From Lingula anatina (taxonomy: Eukaryota; Animalia; Brachiopoda), in assembly GCA_051362555.1 (NCBI GenBank), contig CM120641.1:12028001-12092000 (forward strand): a stretch of DNA of 64,000 bases, in the 5' to 3' direction. Positions 1 to 11,851 of the stretch are shown here, in pieces (the first letter of the stretch is position 1; each line of letters opens with the position of its first letter). The notes beneath the pieces were generated by a model that was not told the DNA's origin, ran no database searches, and worked only from the letters and a program-made list of their open reading frames with translations. Made by a program: the position numbers and the translations under genes.

Positions 1-79
1 AAGCGAGTATGCTTTTAAACTTATAGTAGAAAAACTTAATTGATTCAGACAAATTTAACATGCACAGCATGGTCAATAA

Positions 80-135
80 AGGGAACCGGAGGAAAAAGGA
101 TTGTACCGGAAGTGTGCGTCATATGACGTCGAGTG
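80..135 (+). promoter_or_regulatory. Probable CpG-containing promoter of the first gene (ETS/GABP CCGGAAGT and CRE-like TGACGTC)
   Basis: CCGGAAGT at about 106-113 and ATGACGTC at about 123-130 lie in a CpG-rich patch, followed by a GTGAGT donor-like site at about 193 that could end a non-coding first exon. Confidence 0.45.
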
Positions 136-562
136 GTGTAAGACATGAAGCTGCCTGGTCATTTTTAGCTGGAAGTACATGAGAATAGAGCCGTGAGTGT
201 GAAGTTGAAGCAGATTTTCTGACAGCATGGAAGCACAATTTTGCAACTTCAAGCTTCATGATTCACTTTCATATCATATTCCCCGTATTTCTACAAGTAC
301 TGTATTCTCTGCTCAAAATGTAGAAAGACAAAAATATTATCTTACCATGCCGTCAGAAAATCTGCTACAACTTCACACTGTTGTGTACTTTCAGCTAAAA
401 ATGACCAAGCAGCTTCATGTCTTACAACTCTCAATGTCATATGTTGCGCACTTCCAGCACAATCCTTTCTCCTCAGGTTCCTTTTAAGAACATCTATTTC
501 TGCTGTGCCCATTATATGTAATTACAGGAAGGGACAGTTTTATTGTGTGAAATGAAAGCATA

Positions 563-810
563 TGGGACCATTCTCAGACCCTATGGTACTAACTGTGGAT
601 CGATCTATCCCCAAGGGGATTCTTGCTAAATTTCAATCAACAATTAGCAGCTTAATTAGATGTCTGTCACGCCTACTGAAGATGCAAGGGGGTAATTAAT
701 TATCATCTAGCAGCTTCATTTAAGCTGCTTAAGCTGAAAGCAATATAGCGAGAAACCCCTTGGAAATGGATCAATCCTGGTAGATCGATCTAAGTATGGT
801 GAATGCCCCC
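563..810. mobile_element. Degenerate fold-back (MITE-like) element
   Basis: GGATCGATCTATCCCCAAGGGGATTCTTGCTA (about 597-628) is an imperfect reverse complement of TAGCGAGAAACCCCTTGGAAATGGATCAATCC (about 746-777); inner arms also pair. Confidence 0.5.
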
Positions 811-1758
811 CCCCCCTTCCCAAGTAATTGACACTGGTGTGAAATTCTTTAAAGTTTTGAGCATTCACTGCAGTTCTTTGGTATTGAACTGTAATTTGTT
901 TTTGGTGTTGGTGTTGTGACCCTTACACGCTTCCATACCTTCCTGGCCTGTAAGACATTCTGTCAAGAATGCACTGCCCTCTGTGAAACTGAGATCCTGC
1001 TTATCAAGTCTAGGTGATGCTTATGTAAACAACTGTTTCTGAGTCAGTCATAGGTCTATCATCATAGGTAGTGAAGTATGGCTTATCACGGTAAAAAACG
1101 GCCTGTTTTGTGTGAGTATTTTTCACTTCAAAATTACTGTTTTGTAAGTGCCGTGTTTTACATTCACTTAGGGATTTCAGTGTTCACAAACAAGTTTGTC
1201 ATTAGGATAGTTGGTAAATATGGAACAGGTCCTCTCTTATTTTTTCTTTGCTGTTAGATATTTGTATGCTACAGTCTAAGCTTCTTCCTATATTGCTTTG
1301 TAAAAGAAACATTGTCAGGGCAAATGTTGAAGCAATCCATTGAACATTTTTGACTGTGTTCAAACTCCACTCACCATCGCTGAACACTGCTCAACAGGTG
1401 ATAAAATGCTCTGAACATTTGACCTCAACAAATGTGAAGAAATGTTCAGTGAAATGTTGAGTGTTTTAACCATGAAAGTATTTTAAATTGATTTGATTCC
1501 TCAAATTTTTGACACCTTAATTTTAAAATAAGATGTTTTTCATTTTCTCATAACAAATGCTGCTCATTTGATATTCTATACTGTAAGAATTAATGCATGT
1601 CTATGTTTAAGCATTAAGTAACATTTAATTTAACAATTTCTTTTTAAAAATTGCTTGGTCCCTATTAAATTAAGAATAACATTAATACTCTTCATGTATA
1701 TTTGCATCTTGAACAGTGAGATTTTACACAAATATATGATTAAACTTCACACTTGCAG

Positions 1759-4700
1759 ATGTCTAGTACCAAAGAAAATGAAGCCAAAGCTGGTCTGTCA
1801 ACAACTTCTGGAAAGTCGAGGATGCTTAAAAAACACACTGCTCGCAAGACAATGTCTTCGCGCTGTAAGGTACAAAGTAAAATGATGGTGAGTGCTGCTT
1901 GCAAGACTGGGATTGTGGTAAGCACAGATCCTGAAAGAGTCAGGGATGAGTCGGCAAACAAGATGGCAGTAGTGCATACTAACAGCAATACAAAAACAAG
2001 TCAGAATGAAAAAACACAGTCAGGTGAGATTACAGCTGGATCAGTTATGTCAGCAACTAAGAGAAAAGTGGTATGTGGCAAACTGTTGGTGAAAGCTGAA
2101 TCCAATGACAGTTTTGCCACTAAAAACATCAAAGGGTCAGTGTATAAAGTCAAGAATGCAAAAGTCCTCTCTTTAAAACCTGTGGACAAAATGGCAACAG
2201 TTAAGACAGACAAAAACACTTCCATCAGTTGTGAGATGAAAGGTGATGTTATTCCACCTGTTGATAAGACAACTTTTGTTAAAACTGACACGAAAGTAGT
2301 TTGCAGCAATGATGATGATGATGAGAAATATTCTGTATCAGATGTGGAAGGAGTAGAGGTTATCTTCTCTGATGTTGAAGAACTTGATAATCCTGTGCAG
2401 ATTACTCCAGACAATATTGAACTTGAAGTTTTTCTCATTGATAATGATGTTTCCAACGATAGTGATGCCATGGAGACAGATGAAACTAGTGTCAATAAAA
2501 CCTGTGAGACCATGTTTAGACCTAGCAAGGAAATAGTTTGCCCTACAAAAAATCAAAGAGATGGCAGTCATTTTGAAAATACTGAAGAAAGGCCACAACC
2601 AGACCTCAGTTCTCCATCAGTTAACACAAACTCTTCTGTTTTGTCAACTCCAGTATTGCAGAACAGGGCTTCAGGCTTAAGACCAAGTGTTAGTGATATC
2701 ATTAGTGATATCATGACTTCTTCACCATTGGACAAAGTTTGTGCTATTCAGAGGACACCCAGCACTAAAAGACCTGCATCATTATCCAGTAAAGGCCAAG
2801 ACAAAAATGAAATGGTTGCTCAACCAGGAAGTGATGTACAGTTGGGTTTAGGAAAAGATATAAGGACTGCTGCGCCCCTTGATAAGTGCATTGTCAAACT
2901 GAATAAGGTCTGCAGTGACAGCGCTGCTTCTCCAGCAAAGGTGAAAATTGAAAGAAATAAAAGCACCAGTGTTGCTACTCCTGCTAAAATAAAGGTAAGC
3001 AGAAACCATTGCAATAGTGACGCCTTGCCAACAAGTACTAGTAATGGAGTTGTAAGAAGCCATAGTGACAGTGCTGCCTCTCCAGCAGCTAGAAAAAACT
3101 ATGGCGATAGTGCTTGTTCTCCAGCAAATAAGAAAGTTGGAAGAAACTGTAGCAATAGTTCAGCTCTGTCAGTAAACATGAAAGTGGGAAGAAACCATAG
3201 CAACAGTGCTGCTTCACCAGCAAGCGGGAAAATGAAAAGAAACTATGGCAATAGCATGGCCTCACCAGCAAGTAAGAAAGTGGGGCGAAACCATAGCTAT
3301 AGTTCCGCCTCACCAGTGAGCGAGAAGGTTGAAAGAAACTTCAATTCTGCTTCATCAGCAAGTAAGGAAGTGGGAATAAATCTTTGCAACAGTACCACTT
3401 CACCAGCAAGCAAGAAGATGGACAGAAATCATAATAAAATTGGTACCTCACCCGTTATTAAGAAAAAGGATGGAAACTATAACATTCATTTTGATTCACC
3501 AGTAAATATGAAAATGAATAAAAATATAAACAATAAACATGCTTCACCAGCAAGTTTAAAATTGAAAAGACAGCATGATAACAGGCTTGCTTCAGCAGCA
3601 AAAAAATGTCAAGCTTTGGGAGGCAGTAAAGATAAAATAGTTTCACCAGCAAAAAGTTTTAAAATGATTGGAAAGCAAAAGGAAATGGCTGTTTCACCAG
3701 CAAATAAGGACAGCAGCAGAGTTAATAAGAAGACAGTTTCATCAGGAATGGTTGGTAAAAGATCAAACAAAACTGAGGTCACAAAACAGGCAAGGAAGCC
3801 CTATGAAAATTCCAAGAAAATGCCTTTACTGGTAGATATTGATGCTAAAGGTTCAGAGGAAAATCATGCCATAACCTCAAACTCTGGACCTGAAAGTATT
3901 AAAAGAAGACATAAAACTTCTGCCAAAGATGACTCCATTAATTCAAAAAGGAGGAAAGCATATTCTTCAGACTTTGAAAAGAAAGGTCCCAAAAGAAAGC
4001 TTGCCACATGTTCAGACTCTGATTCAACAATCTCAAAAAGAAAACCAGCAGTTTCAACAGACTCTAGCATCATAAACTCAGAATGTATAGATTTAATGAA
4101 ATTTCCTGAAAATGAAAAATCTGAAGAGAAGCTGACAGAATCAAGTGAGGATGCTACTGTGGTAACACCCCTGGAGGAAAAGTCATCTTCCAAACTGTGT
4201 CTGCTGGATAGGTCCAATAAAGAGCCTGTTAAGACTCCAGTTATCAACTTCACTGATCTGACATCAGAACGTAAAACTGGTAAGTAATTTTGTGGCCCAT
4301 ATATAATAACTCAGAGGCACAAGAACAAATAAGTACTTAATTGGTGGTGTTACATAAACAGCAACATGCATGTTTAAAACTTAAACAGTAATATGGATCA
4401 CATTCTAGGAGATACAATTATATATCATAATAGTACATTTCTGGAGCTTAATGACAAAGAAATAACATTTGTTTCATTGATTTATAATTCCAGAAAGTGC
4501 CTGTCCATTTGAAAATAGCTGGTCAGATACTCAATCAAAGGATGAGGGTGAGTACAACACTTGATGTTGGAAATTGAAGATGCTCAATGAGTTATTACAG
4601 AGAATATATTCACATGTTTTTAAAAGTCTAAAACATTAATACATGCATTTAAAACATGCAGGTTTCCTTAAAAAAAGGTACTTTCCTTTATTTGAAAAAT

Positions 4701-7210
4701 TTAATTGTTTAGTTGGATAACTAGTGGTAACTCTGTAAACAGGGTTGATAGAGAAAATTTATTTTTATTTTTGAAAGACATGATGATGCATAAAATCTAT
4801 GGCAGAAATGTCAAATTTAGAATAGAATAGTTTATTCTCATTTACTGTACATTTACAGTTTAGAGAGCATATATATATATATATACATCAACCTGAAGGC
4901 TTGACCCCCTTATTCACAATACTAATGAATTTGTACAAATTATTCAGTTTTTTCTTATTTTTCGTTGAAAATATTTCATACATTTTAATTACATTCGGTC
5001 TAATACATGCTTTTTTTTTGGAATATATAAGTTTCGACTTTCTGCAAAAAAGGTACATCTAAAGACATAATGAAATTCATCCCCTATTTCATTTTTACAC
5101 AAGTTGCATAATCTCAAATTTTTAGGTATTTTTTTCCATCTGCCCGTTTCAATTGGTAATCTATGATTTGTTGTTCTGAATCTAGCTATTGTAATTATTT
5201 TGTGTGTACATAAAGTAGAAAGTATATAATTCCTGCATTTAAACTCTGAGTTTGTGAAAATACTATAGCTTAACCCTTTACTAGAGTTGTTACAATCTGA
5301 ATTCCATTCTTGTATATACTGATCCTGCATTTCTGTTTAACACAATTTATAAGCCATTCCTTGTTACAGATATCCTGTGTGCTAAATATATTACTTAAAC
5401 CACAGTTATCCAGAATGGATTTCAGATTTCCCATCCACTTACATTCACATCCCTGCATAAATTTGTTATAAACGAGTTTATACAATATATATGAAAATTT
5501 ACTTTGTTTACCTGTGAGCAAGTTTGTCCAGAATGATACAATTCTTCCTTTTATAATATTACTTAATGGCATTCTACCTAATTCCCCATATATCATTATC
5601 TTGGGAGTGCTGGTTTTTAGATTTAATAGATATCTACAAAATTTCAAGTGCACCTGTTCTATGATTTCTAAATTACCAAATCCCCATACTTCACATCCAT
5701 ATAATAAAATCGGAACAATAATCTTATCAAAGAGATATAGCTGATCAACAATGCTTAGATTTAGATGCCTTGCTTTCTTAAATATCCCATACATAGCTTT
5801 AGTTGCTTTCTTTGCTGAATACCTTTTTGTTTCTGAAAATGATCCCGTTTTAGAGAAATAAACTCCCAAGTACTTGAAACAATTAACTATTTCTACATTT
5901 TGGTTATTAAAAGTAAATTTTATATTATTTTGGGTGTGGCCCTTAGAAACTATCATGATTTTTGTCTTTTCTACATTTACTTCTAACTTCCATATCTGAC
6001 AGTAGGTGGAGTAGCAATTAAGTTGATATTGTAGGTTTTCTTTTGAATCTGCTAATTTACTATGTGCATGGGCAATAACATGTTTTCTTGGGTCAGGTGT
6101 AAAATTTTCCATCTTACCAAACCAATAACCAAGGCATTTTTCCATTAAAAATTTGATAATATACTAGTTACTCAAAATGAAGTCGGTCGCATTCATTAAC
6201 CAACTTTGAAGATAACTCTGTGGAAAATTGGTACTTACAAAACTTTCATTGATGAAAATGCACCTCTTATGTGAAGGAGTAATCAAGGTTTATGTTTTTA
6301 GATCTTTTGGCATTACTGGAGCAAACTCAGCAGTTGCAGACAAAAGCTCTGAAGGCCTTTCAGAGACAAATGAAAAAGAATCTTGGTAAGCTAATGGCTA
6401 TCTTTGTGATAAATTAAATTACCTTACAAGTTTATCTCCCAGAAAAACTGAAGTGCATTGTATTCTTTTTTTGATCATAAAGTGCTCTTTTTTATCAAGT
6501 TTAAGGTTTATAAATGTATGTACAATGTTAAATTATACAAAATGTTTTGCAGAGCTTGTGCAGAAACTACAAAAAGAAATAAGAGATGAACGTGAAAAAA
6601 GGGAAAGACTGAAAGGGATTCTTTTAGAAATAAAAGGTAAGACATTGTTAAGTACTGAATGTTTACGTAGTTATTTGTTTTTCAGTTGTGCAAAACCATC
6701 AGGTGCAAGGACTCTAACATGTGATTTTGTTTGAAAATTTTCTGTTGTGTCCTAAAAAAATTCCATTACAGTCTTAAAAAAAAATTTTTTTCTTGCAGTC
6801 GTTTTTTTTCCATATTGTAAATGGGATTCATTATATTTAAAATATATCATATTATGTGACAAAAATTCACCATTTCTAGTGGACACATTATTTGTAGAGA
6901 CTAGAGAGAAACAAGATCTGAGCTGAAATAGGCAGCCCAAAATAGGGTTTTCTGACACTATAATGCTCCAAAAGTGACACTATGGAATGAGAAAGAACAA
7001 ACAATTTAATTCATGAGGAACTTATATCATTGTCATTCAGTGTTTTCAAGATAGAGCTAAATGATGTTCCTCTTTAAGACATTTTCTTATTAAACAAACA
7101 GATGATAGGACAACACATCAAAATTTTGAAAGAAAAATTTAAATATCCTTGTTCTACTTTCAGAGACTCAGTCAGCCAGGAAAGTAGATGGGCATGTATC
7201 TGTCACTTAG
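1759..7210 (+). CDS. Uncharacterised K/S-rich disordered protein (about 930 aa) with 16-aa SP repeats and a C-terminal coiled coil; exons 1759-4279, 4494-4547, 6302-6385, 6553-6636, 7164-7210
   Basis: A 2.5-kb open exon starts ATG right after a ttgcAG acceptor. All downstream exons are GT-AG bounded and keep phase 1, reading ...ESACPFENSWSDTQSKDE/DLLALLEQTQQLQTKALKAFQRQMKKNL/ELVQKLQKEIRDEREKRERLKGILLEIK/ETQSARKVDGHVSVT*. An extra phase-0 coding exon at 1078-1143 (MAYHGKKRPVLCEYFSLQNYCF) is possible. Confidence 0.75.
2905..3710 (+). repeat. Coding tandem repeat, about 48-bp / 16-aa unit (RNHSNSAASPASKKVG-like)
   Basis: The translation shows recurrent RN(H/Y)xxS(A)xSPA(S)KK units, for example RNHSNSAASPASGKMK, RNYGNSMASPASKKVG and RNHSYSSASPVSEKVE. 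Confidence 0.8.
4819..6053 (-). mobile_element. 5'-truncated non-LTR retrotransposon (LINE, RTE-X-like) in intron 2 of the first gene
   Basis: ORF 5270-6145 has the RT C-terminal/thumb motifs (LADSKENLQ, VNVEKTKIM, FKYLGVYF, PILLYGCEVWG, GELGR). After a frameshift, ORF 4989-5330 has RLPIETGRW..CxxC..GDEFHYVFRC. The 3' end has AATAAA then a short (CTATT)n tail on the minus strand. Confidence 0.9.
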
Positions 7211-7512
7211 TTGTCTTATGTCCAGTGCTACCACCTTTAACTTGCTTCTCAACATGAGATGTCTGGAGGATTTTGAAGATTTATTTTTACTTTCTGAACC
7301 ATTTAACAATGTGGTTCATCTTCCCATTTCAAACAGTTTTTTCTAAAAGTCCATTTCTTGCTTAGCCCAATGTGGACATTGTACTGCTTTGTTATTATTA
7401 AAATTTAACACAATTATAAAGGAAAATGCTTTTAGAAAAAAAATCCACATTTTACGCATAATTGATTACAATCAGTATCTAAGGCAGAGTGGAGGTAATA
7501 CATTTTTTTATT

Positions 7513-10427
7513 ATGTACAGACACAGATGTGTCTGTACATAAAGCCATCATCTGCGTCTGTCGTCGCCGTCGCCATCGTCGCCGTGCACTTTTACCGATA
7601 ACACGATAAGTGGAAAACTGTTTTTTCTTTTGGCTTGAAACTTACAGAACTGATGAATATTCATAATACGCAGGTCAAGTTCAAAAATCAGCATGATCGG
7701 GTCACTTATAGGGAATTTATGCTGTTTTTTCACTTTTTTCAGCATATATGCAGCACCGATAACACGATAAGTGGAAAACCGTTTTACCTTTTGGCTTGAA
7801 ACTTACAGAACTGATGAATATTTATAATACGCAGGTCAAGTTCGAAAATCAGCATGATCGGGTCACTTATAGGGAATTTATGCTTTTTTTTTTCACTTTT
7901 TTCAGCATATATGCAGCACCGATAACACGATAAGTGGAAAACCGTTTTACCTTTTGGCTTGAAATTTACAGAACTGATGAATATTCATAATACGCAGGTC
8001 AAGTTCGAAAATCAGTGTGATTGGGTAATTTTTAGTAAATTTAGGCTATTTTTTCTCTTTTTTCAGCATATATACAGCACCGATAACACCATAAATGGAA
8101 AACCATTTTACCTTTTGGCTTGAAACTTACCGAACTGATGAATATTCATAATACCCAGGTCAAGTTTGAAAATCAGCATGATTGGGTCATTTTTACTGAA
8201 TTTAGGCTATTTTTTCACTTTTTTCAGCATATATGCAACACTGATAACACGATAAGTGAAAAACAGATAGGCCAATTGTCATAATACTCTTAGGAGTGGC
8301 CAATCTTACTAAAAGGAAGGTTGAGTTGGAAAATCAGCATAATCGGTCCATTATTTTAGAAGTTATGCTGTTTTTTCACATTTCCTCACATTCAATTCTT
8401 AGGCATGTTAACAGTCTCATTATTTAACTAATAAGATACGTAAAAGTGTTTGTTTGGCATTTCCTGCATCTTTACAACATTGTTAGTTGATTTTGTAAAA
8501 ATGATAGTAAACCTGTTATCGTGTATTGTGTAATAAAGTGTCAAAAATGGAAAAAAAAAAATATCTTTACAGTTTGTCAGATTCAACCATTCACTATGTT
8601 CAGAATTTCAGAATGGAGCAAGTTGGACATTTATAATTGTTCTATTGATATTTTTGCTTTGACAACATATTTTTGATTGATCATATAAAAATGACAGTAA
8701 ATTGATTATTTTGCTTTATGTAAAAAAGGTGTTGAAAATGGAAATAAACTCTTTCAATACAGTTTTCTCTTGTTTACATTTTGGGATTTTCAAAGTATGA
8801 CTCTGAACTCTATAGGCTAGTCACATTTTCTGAATATCTATGATACTTTTATTTTATTATAAAAAAAATTATGGTTATTATGCTGTTAAGCATTGTGTAA
8901 TATTGCATCAAAATTGAACAAAACCCTATTCTGGGCACTGCCACTGTAGTGGCGGTGAAAGGAAAACCATGTCACTCGCTCTTCTCACACTTACAGGAAA
9001 GAAACATAGGACTGAAATACAGCTTCAGTTGAAAAATTGTCTCATTAGTTAATTGTTTGGAAGTAATACAGGTTTTTTGTGAAAATTTTTATCTTTTACA
9101 TGTTGCAATTTTCAATGTGGGACTTAGAGCTCCCTTGGGCATGAAGCCCAGTGGTAATCAAATTTTCTTAATGTCCTTGTTTTTAATAGTAGATATTTTA
9201 AAATTGGTGGTATTTAATTAGTTAATCATTATGTAATGTTGCATCAAAATTGACAAAAAACCTACTTTGTGCTCTGCCACCATTAATATTATGTAAAGTA
9301 AAGTGTTACTTTCTATTTTTTAACTATTCTTACAAAAATGATTCTTAGGATTGACATACAGCTCATATTAGAGAACCAGCTCTATTGGATTATTATTTTT
9401 ATTAAATTTATGAATTTTTTGTGAAATTTTCATTTTTCTCACTCTGGCACTTTCTAATTGTAAACTTGAACTCTGATGGGCCTGGAGCCTGCTTTTAATT
9501 TCATCAGTGTTACCTGTACGTTGTGCATAATTAAAATTTGATTTTGACTGTGCAGTTAAACATAATGTATTATTGCATCAGAATTGGCAGTCTCCTGTTT
9601 TATTTTGTACATTATTGTTTTCTGCTTTTCTTAAGGTGTGACTTATGGGCCTGAAGACCTTTGATAGACAAATTTGTGTGGTCAGTCTGTAAATTCCCCT
9701 TGGGTATTCACTAGGCTATAAACTCATTTGCCTAATTAAGCGGCCATTAAATGAAATTTCATAAAGCACACTTGTTGATATTTCCCTGTAAACTCCCAAA
9801 GGTTAAGCTCTCTGCTAGATAACATAGTGTCCATAATAAGGAAGCAGTGAATAGCAGCTTCATTGGAATTATATTTTTGTTGTTTTCTTTTTAATTTTTT
9901 CTCCAACACTGGCATTTTTAAGATGTGATTTTTAACTCCCATCCACCTGAGGCTCTGCACATTTTCAGTATTTCCACATAAGCAGTTGTATTGGTATTTA
10001 TGTCTTTAAACACGCTGTAATATTATTTTATGCACTGTCATCATTTTTCATATATTGGGACTTTCATCATGTGAATTTTAACTCTCATGGTCCTGAAACT
10101 GTAATCTTATTGAAGGGGTGGATTGAAACCATTTTCTGGGTCTCCTGGAAGACAGTCAGATTTTAAAGTTAATATTTACGGGTTTCTGTTGGAAGACCAT
10201 CAAAATGGAGGATGGATCAACAAAGATACTTTGGAATACTGTCAGAAAATATCTTTGGATCTGCTCCTGTTATTGACCATGTTACCTGTTGTGCATGATT
10301 AAAAATCAGTGTTGACTGACTGTGCTATTATAAGCATATATTATTGCATCAAAATTGACAAAATGACCTATTTTGCATCTTTTTTTTCCTGTTTTTTGTC
10401 TGTACATTTGACAGCTTTGCTGCCTTG
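7513..10427 (+). mobile_element. Helentron-associated/DINE-1-like non-autonomous element, family A, copy 1
   Basis: The 5' hairpin TGTACAGACACA-GA-TGTGTCTGTACA follows a T-run, then a (GTC/GCC) microsatellite and tandem cores. The 3' end has subterminal IR TGTCTGTACA, short hairpin CAGC-TTT-GCTG and CTTG|TT. The same termini recur at 42311-44968. Confidence 0.8.
7595..8400 (+). repeat. About 161-bp satellite core, 4 near-identical units plus one diverged unit
   Basis: CCGATAACACGATAAGTGGAAAA (or near-identical) recurs at about 7595, 7756, 7919, 8080 and 8241. Confidence 0.9.
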
Positions 10428-11499
10428 TTTCAAAATATATTTCAGAATGATTTTATCAACATTAATATTTTACATGTCACTTGTATATTGTATTGAGTTA
10501 ACATATCATTTTGGTCCGCCATCATGTGCATAATCCTGCACACTAATGCAGATTTTAAAAAATTTAATGGAAGACCCAGAATAACGGATGGGGTGCCAAA
10601 AACTGTTTTCATTGGTAAATTGAAAGATATTATGTATTAATGTATAAAAATTTTGGTATTTAGTAGAATTCAGAACATAAATATATATAAAACTGTGGCC
10701 TTTACATCTTTTTACCATTTTCTGAGAAGTGATAGAAATAGGTCAGAATTTTTGCTGGTAATATAAAGGGTAATGTAAAATGTCTTAGTCTGCTTATTGG
10801 ATTGTTACGTATATTTAGGTAGCAGCATGCTGAGTTTTGTTTAATAAAACATTCTTTTAGATTTTAAATTCTGATTTTATTCTTCATTTTTATGATTAGT
10901 TTCTCTGCCACATTAATTGAGATGCATTTGTGCAAAACAAAATACAAAACCCAAATAAAATGAATTTTCGTTTTTACAATTTCACTTTATTTTATATGTA
11001 TTTGGTCAGCCATCATGAATATTTTGAATCCCATTAAGTGATTTTCATAATCCAGCCCTGAGACCTACTGGGCTGTAAATCGAAGCCTTGGGCTTTGCAA
11101 AACAATATGAGGCAAAAATTTATTAAATAAAAAGCGTGTTCAATATCCTTCCTCAAACTGAAAAAGGCTAGCTATATTGGTCGAAAATCTAAGCCATTCC
11201 GTATTAATTGTAAAACTAGTTGAACTGCTTGGTGTCCTCAACACGAGCCCGACTCCAATGATTTATGCCCAAATAGTAAATACGTGTAGACTATTACTTT
11301 TTAAATCTAAGCTAACAAATTATTTTTCGGATTATTTATGAAAGTTTTGTTACAACTTAATCTTTCATTAAATACCATCTTTCTACTTTTAAGTTAAAAC
11401 TCTTTTTTCAAAACAATTCCGGAAATTCCTTGTAAGGCGCGTTTCACAACTACTCGTGTTACCAAGACAGTTTTCAAAACGCATCTGGATGTCCTGCTA

Positions 11500-11660
11500 G
11501 ACGGTGGCTGTGACGGCATAGTCAAAGTGTGTTAGTAGCGCCTGCGCTATTGTTTATGTTTACCCTTCACGTGACTTGGTTGTTAATGGCTACCGCCCTA
11601 CATACGGGTACTTCATGAACATATTAGATTTTGTGTGTGATCGAAGCCCTGACCGTCATA
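11500..11660 (+). promoter_or_regulatory. Probable ZFAND4 promoter with E-box TCACGTGAC (CLEAR/USF-like)
   Basis: CpG-rich patch just upstream of the first coding exon; TCACGTGAC at 11567-11575. Confidence 0.4.
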
Positions 11661-11851
11661 TTGTTGTATTCTCCAAAGTTACAATCTGGGATCTAACAAC
11701 GAGATAAAATGTGGATTTAAGAAAGCAGAGAGGCATGCCAGTCCTCTGGGATACGCCTGGTGGGATGGCCGGGCCTTTAAACCAACGGGATAGACGAAAA
11801 TGTCAACAAGATAACCTCTTTTTGTAGAGAAAAGATGGACTAACATTACCA

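Noticed and set aside
2001-4253. Antisense ORFs over the first gene, and similar ones over ZFAND4 and NBR1 exons
   Set aside because: Shadow frames of long coding exons with no independent motifs or splice support.
7645-7700. CTGATGA...GAAA in family A cores as hammerhead ribozymes
   Set aside because: No stem II closes directly onto GAAA and no stem I/III pairing can be drawn.
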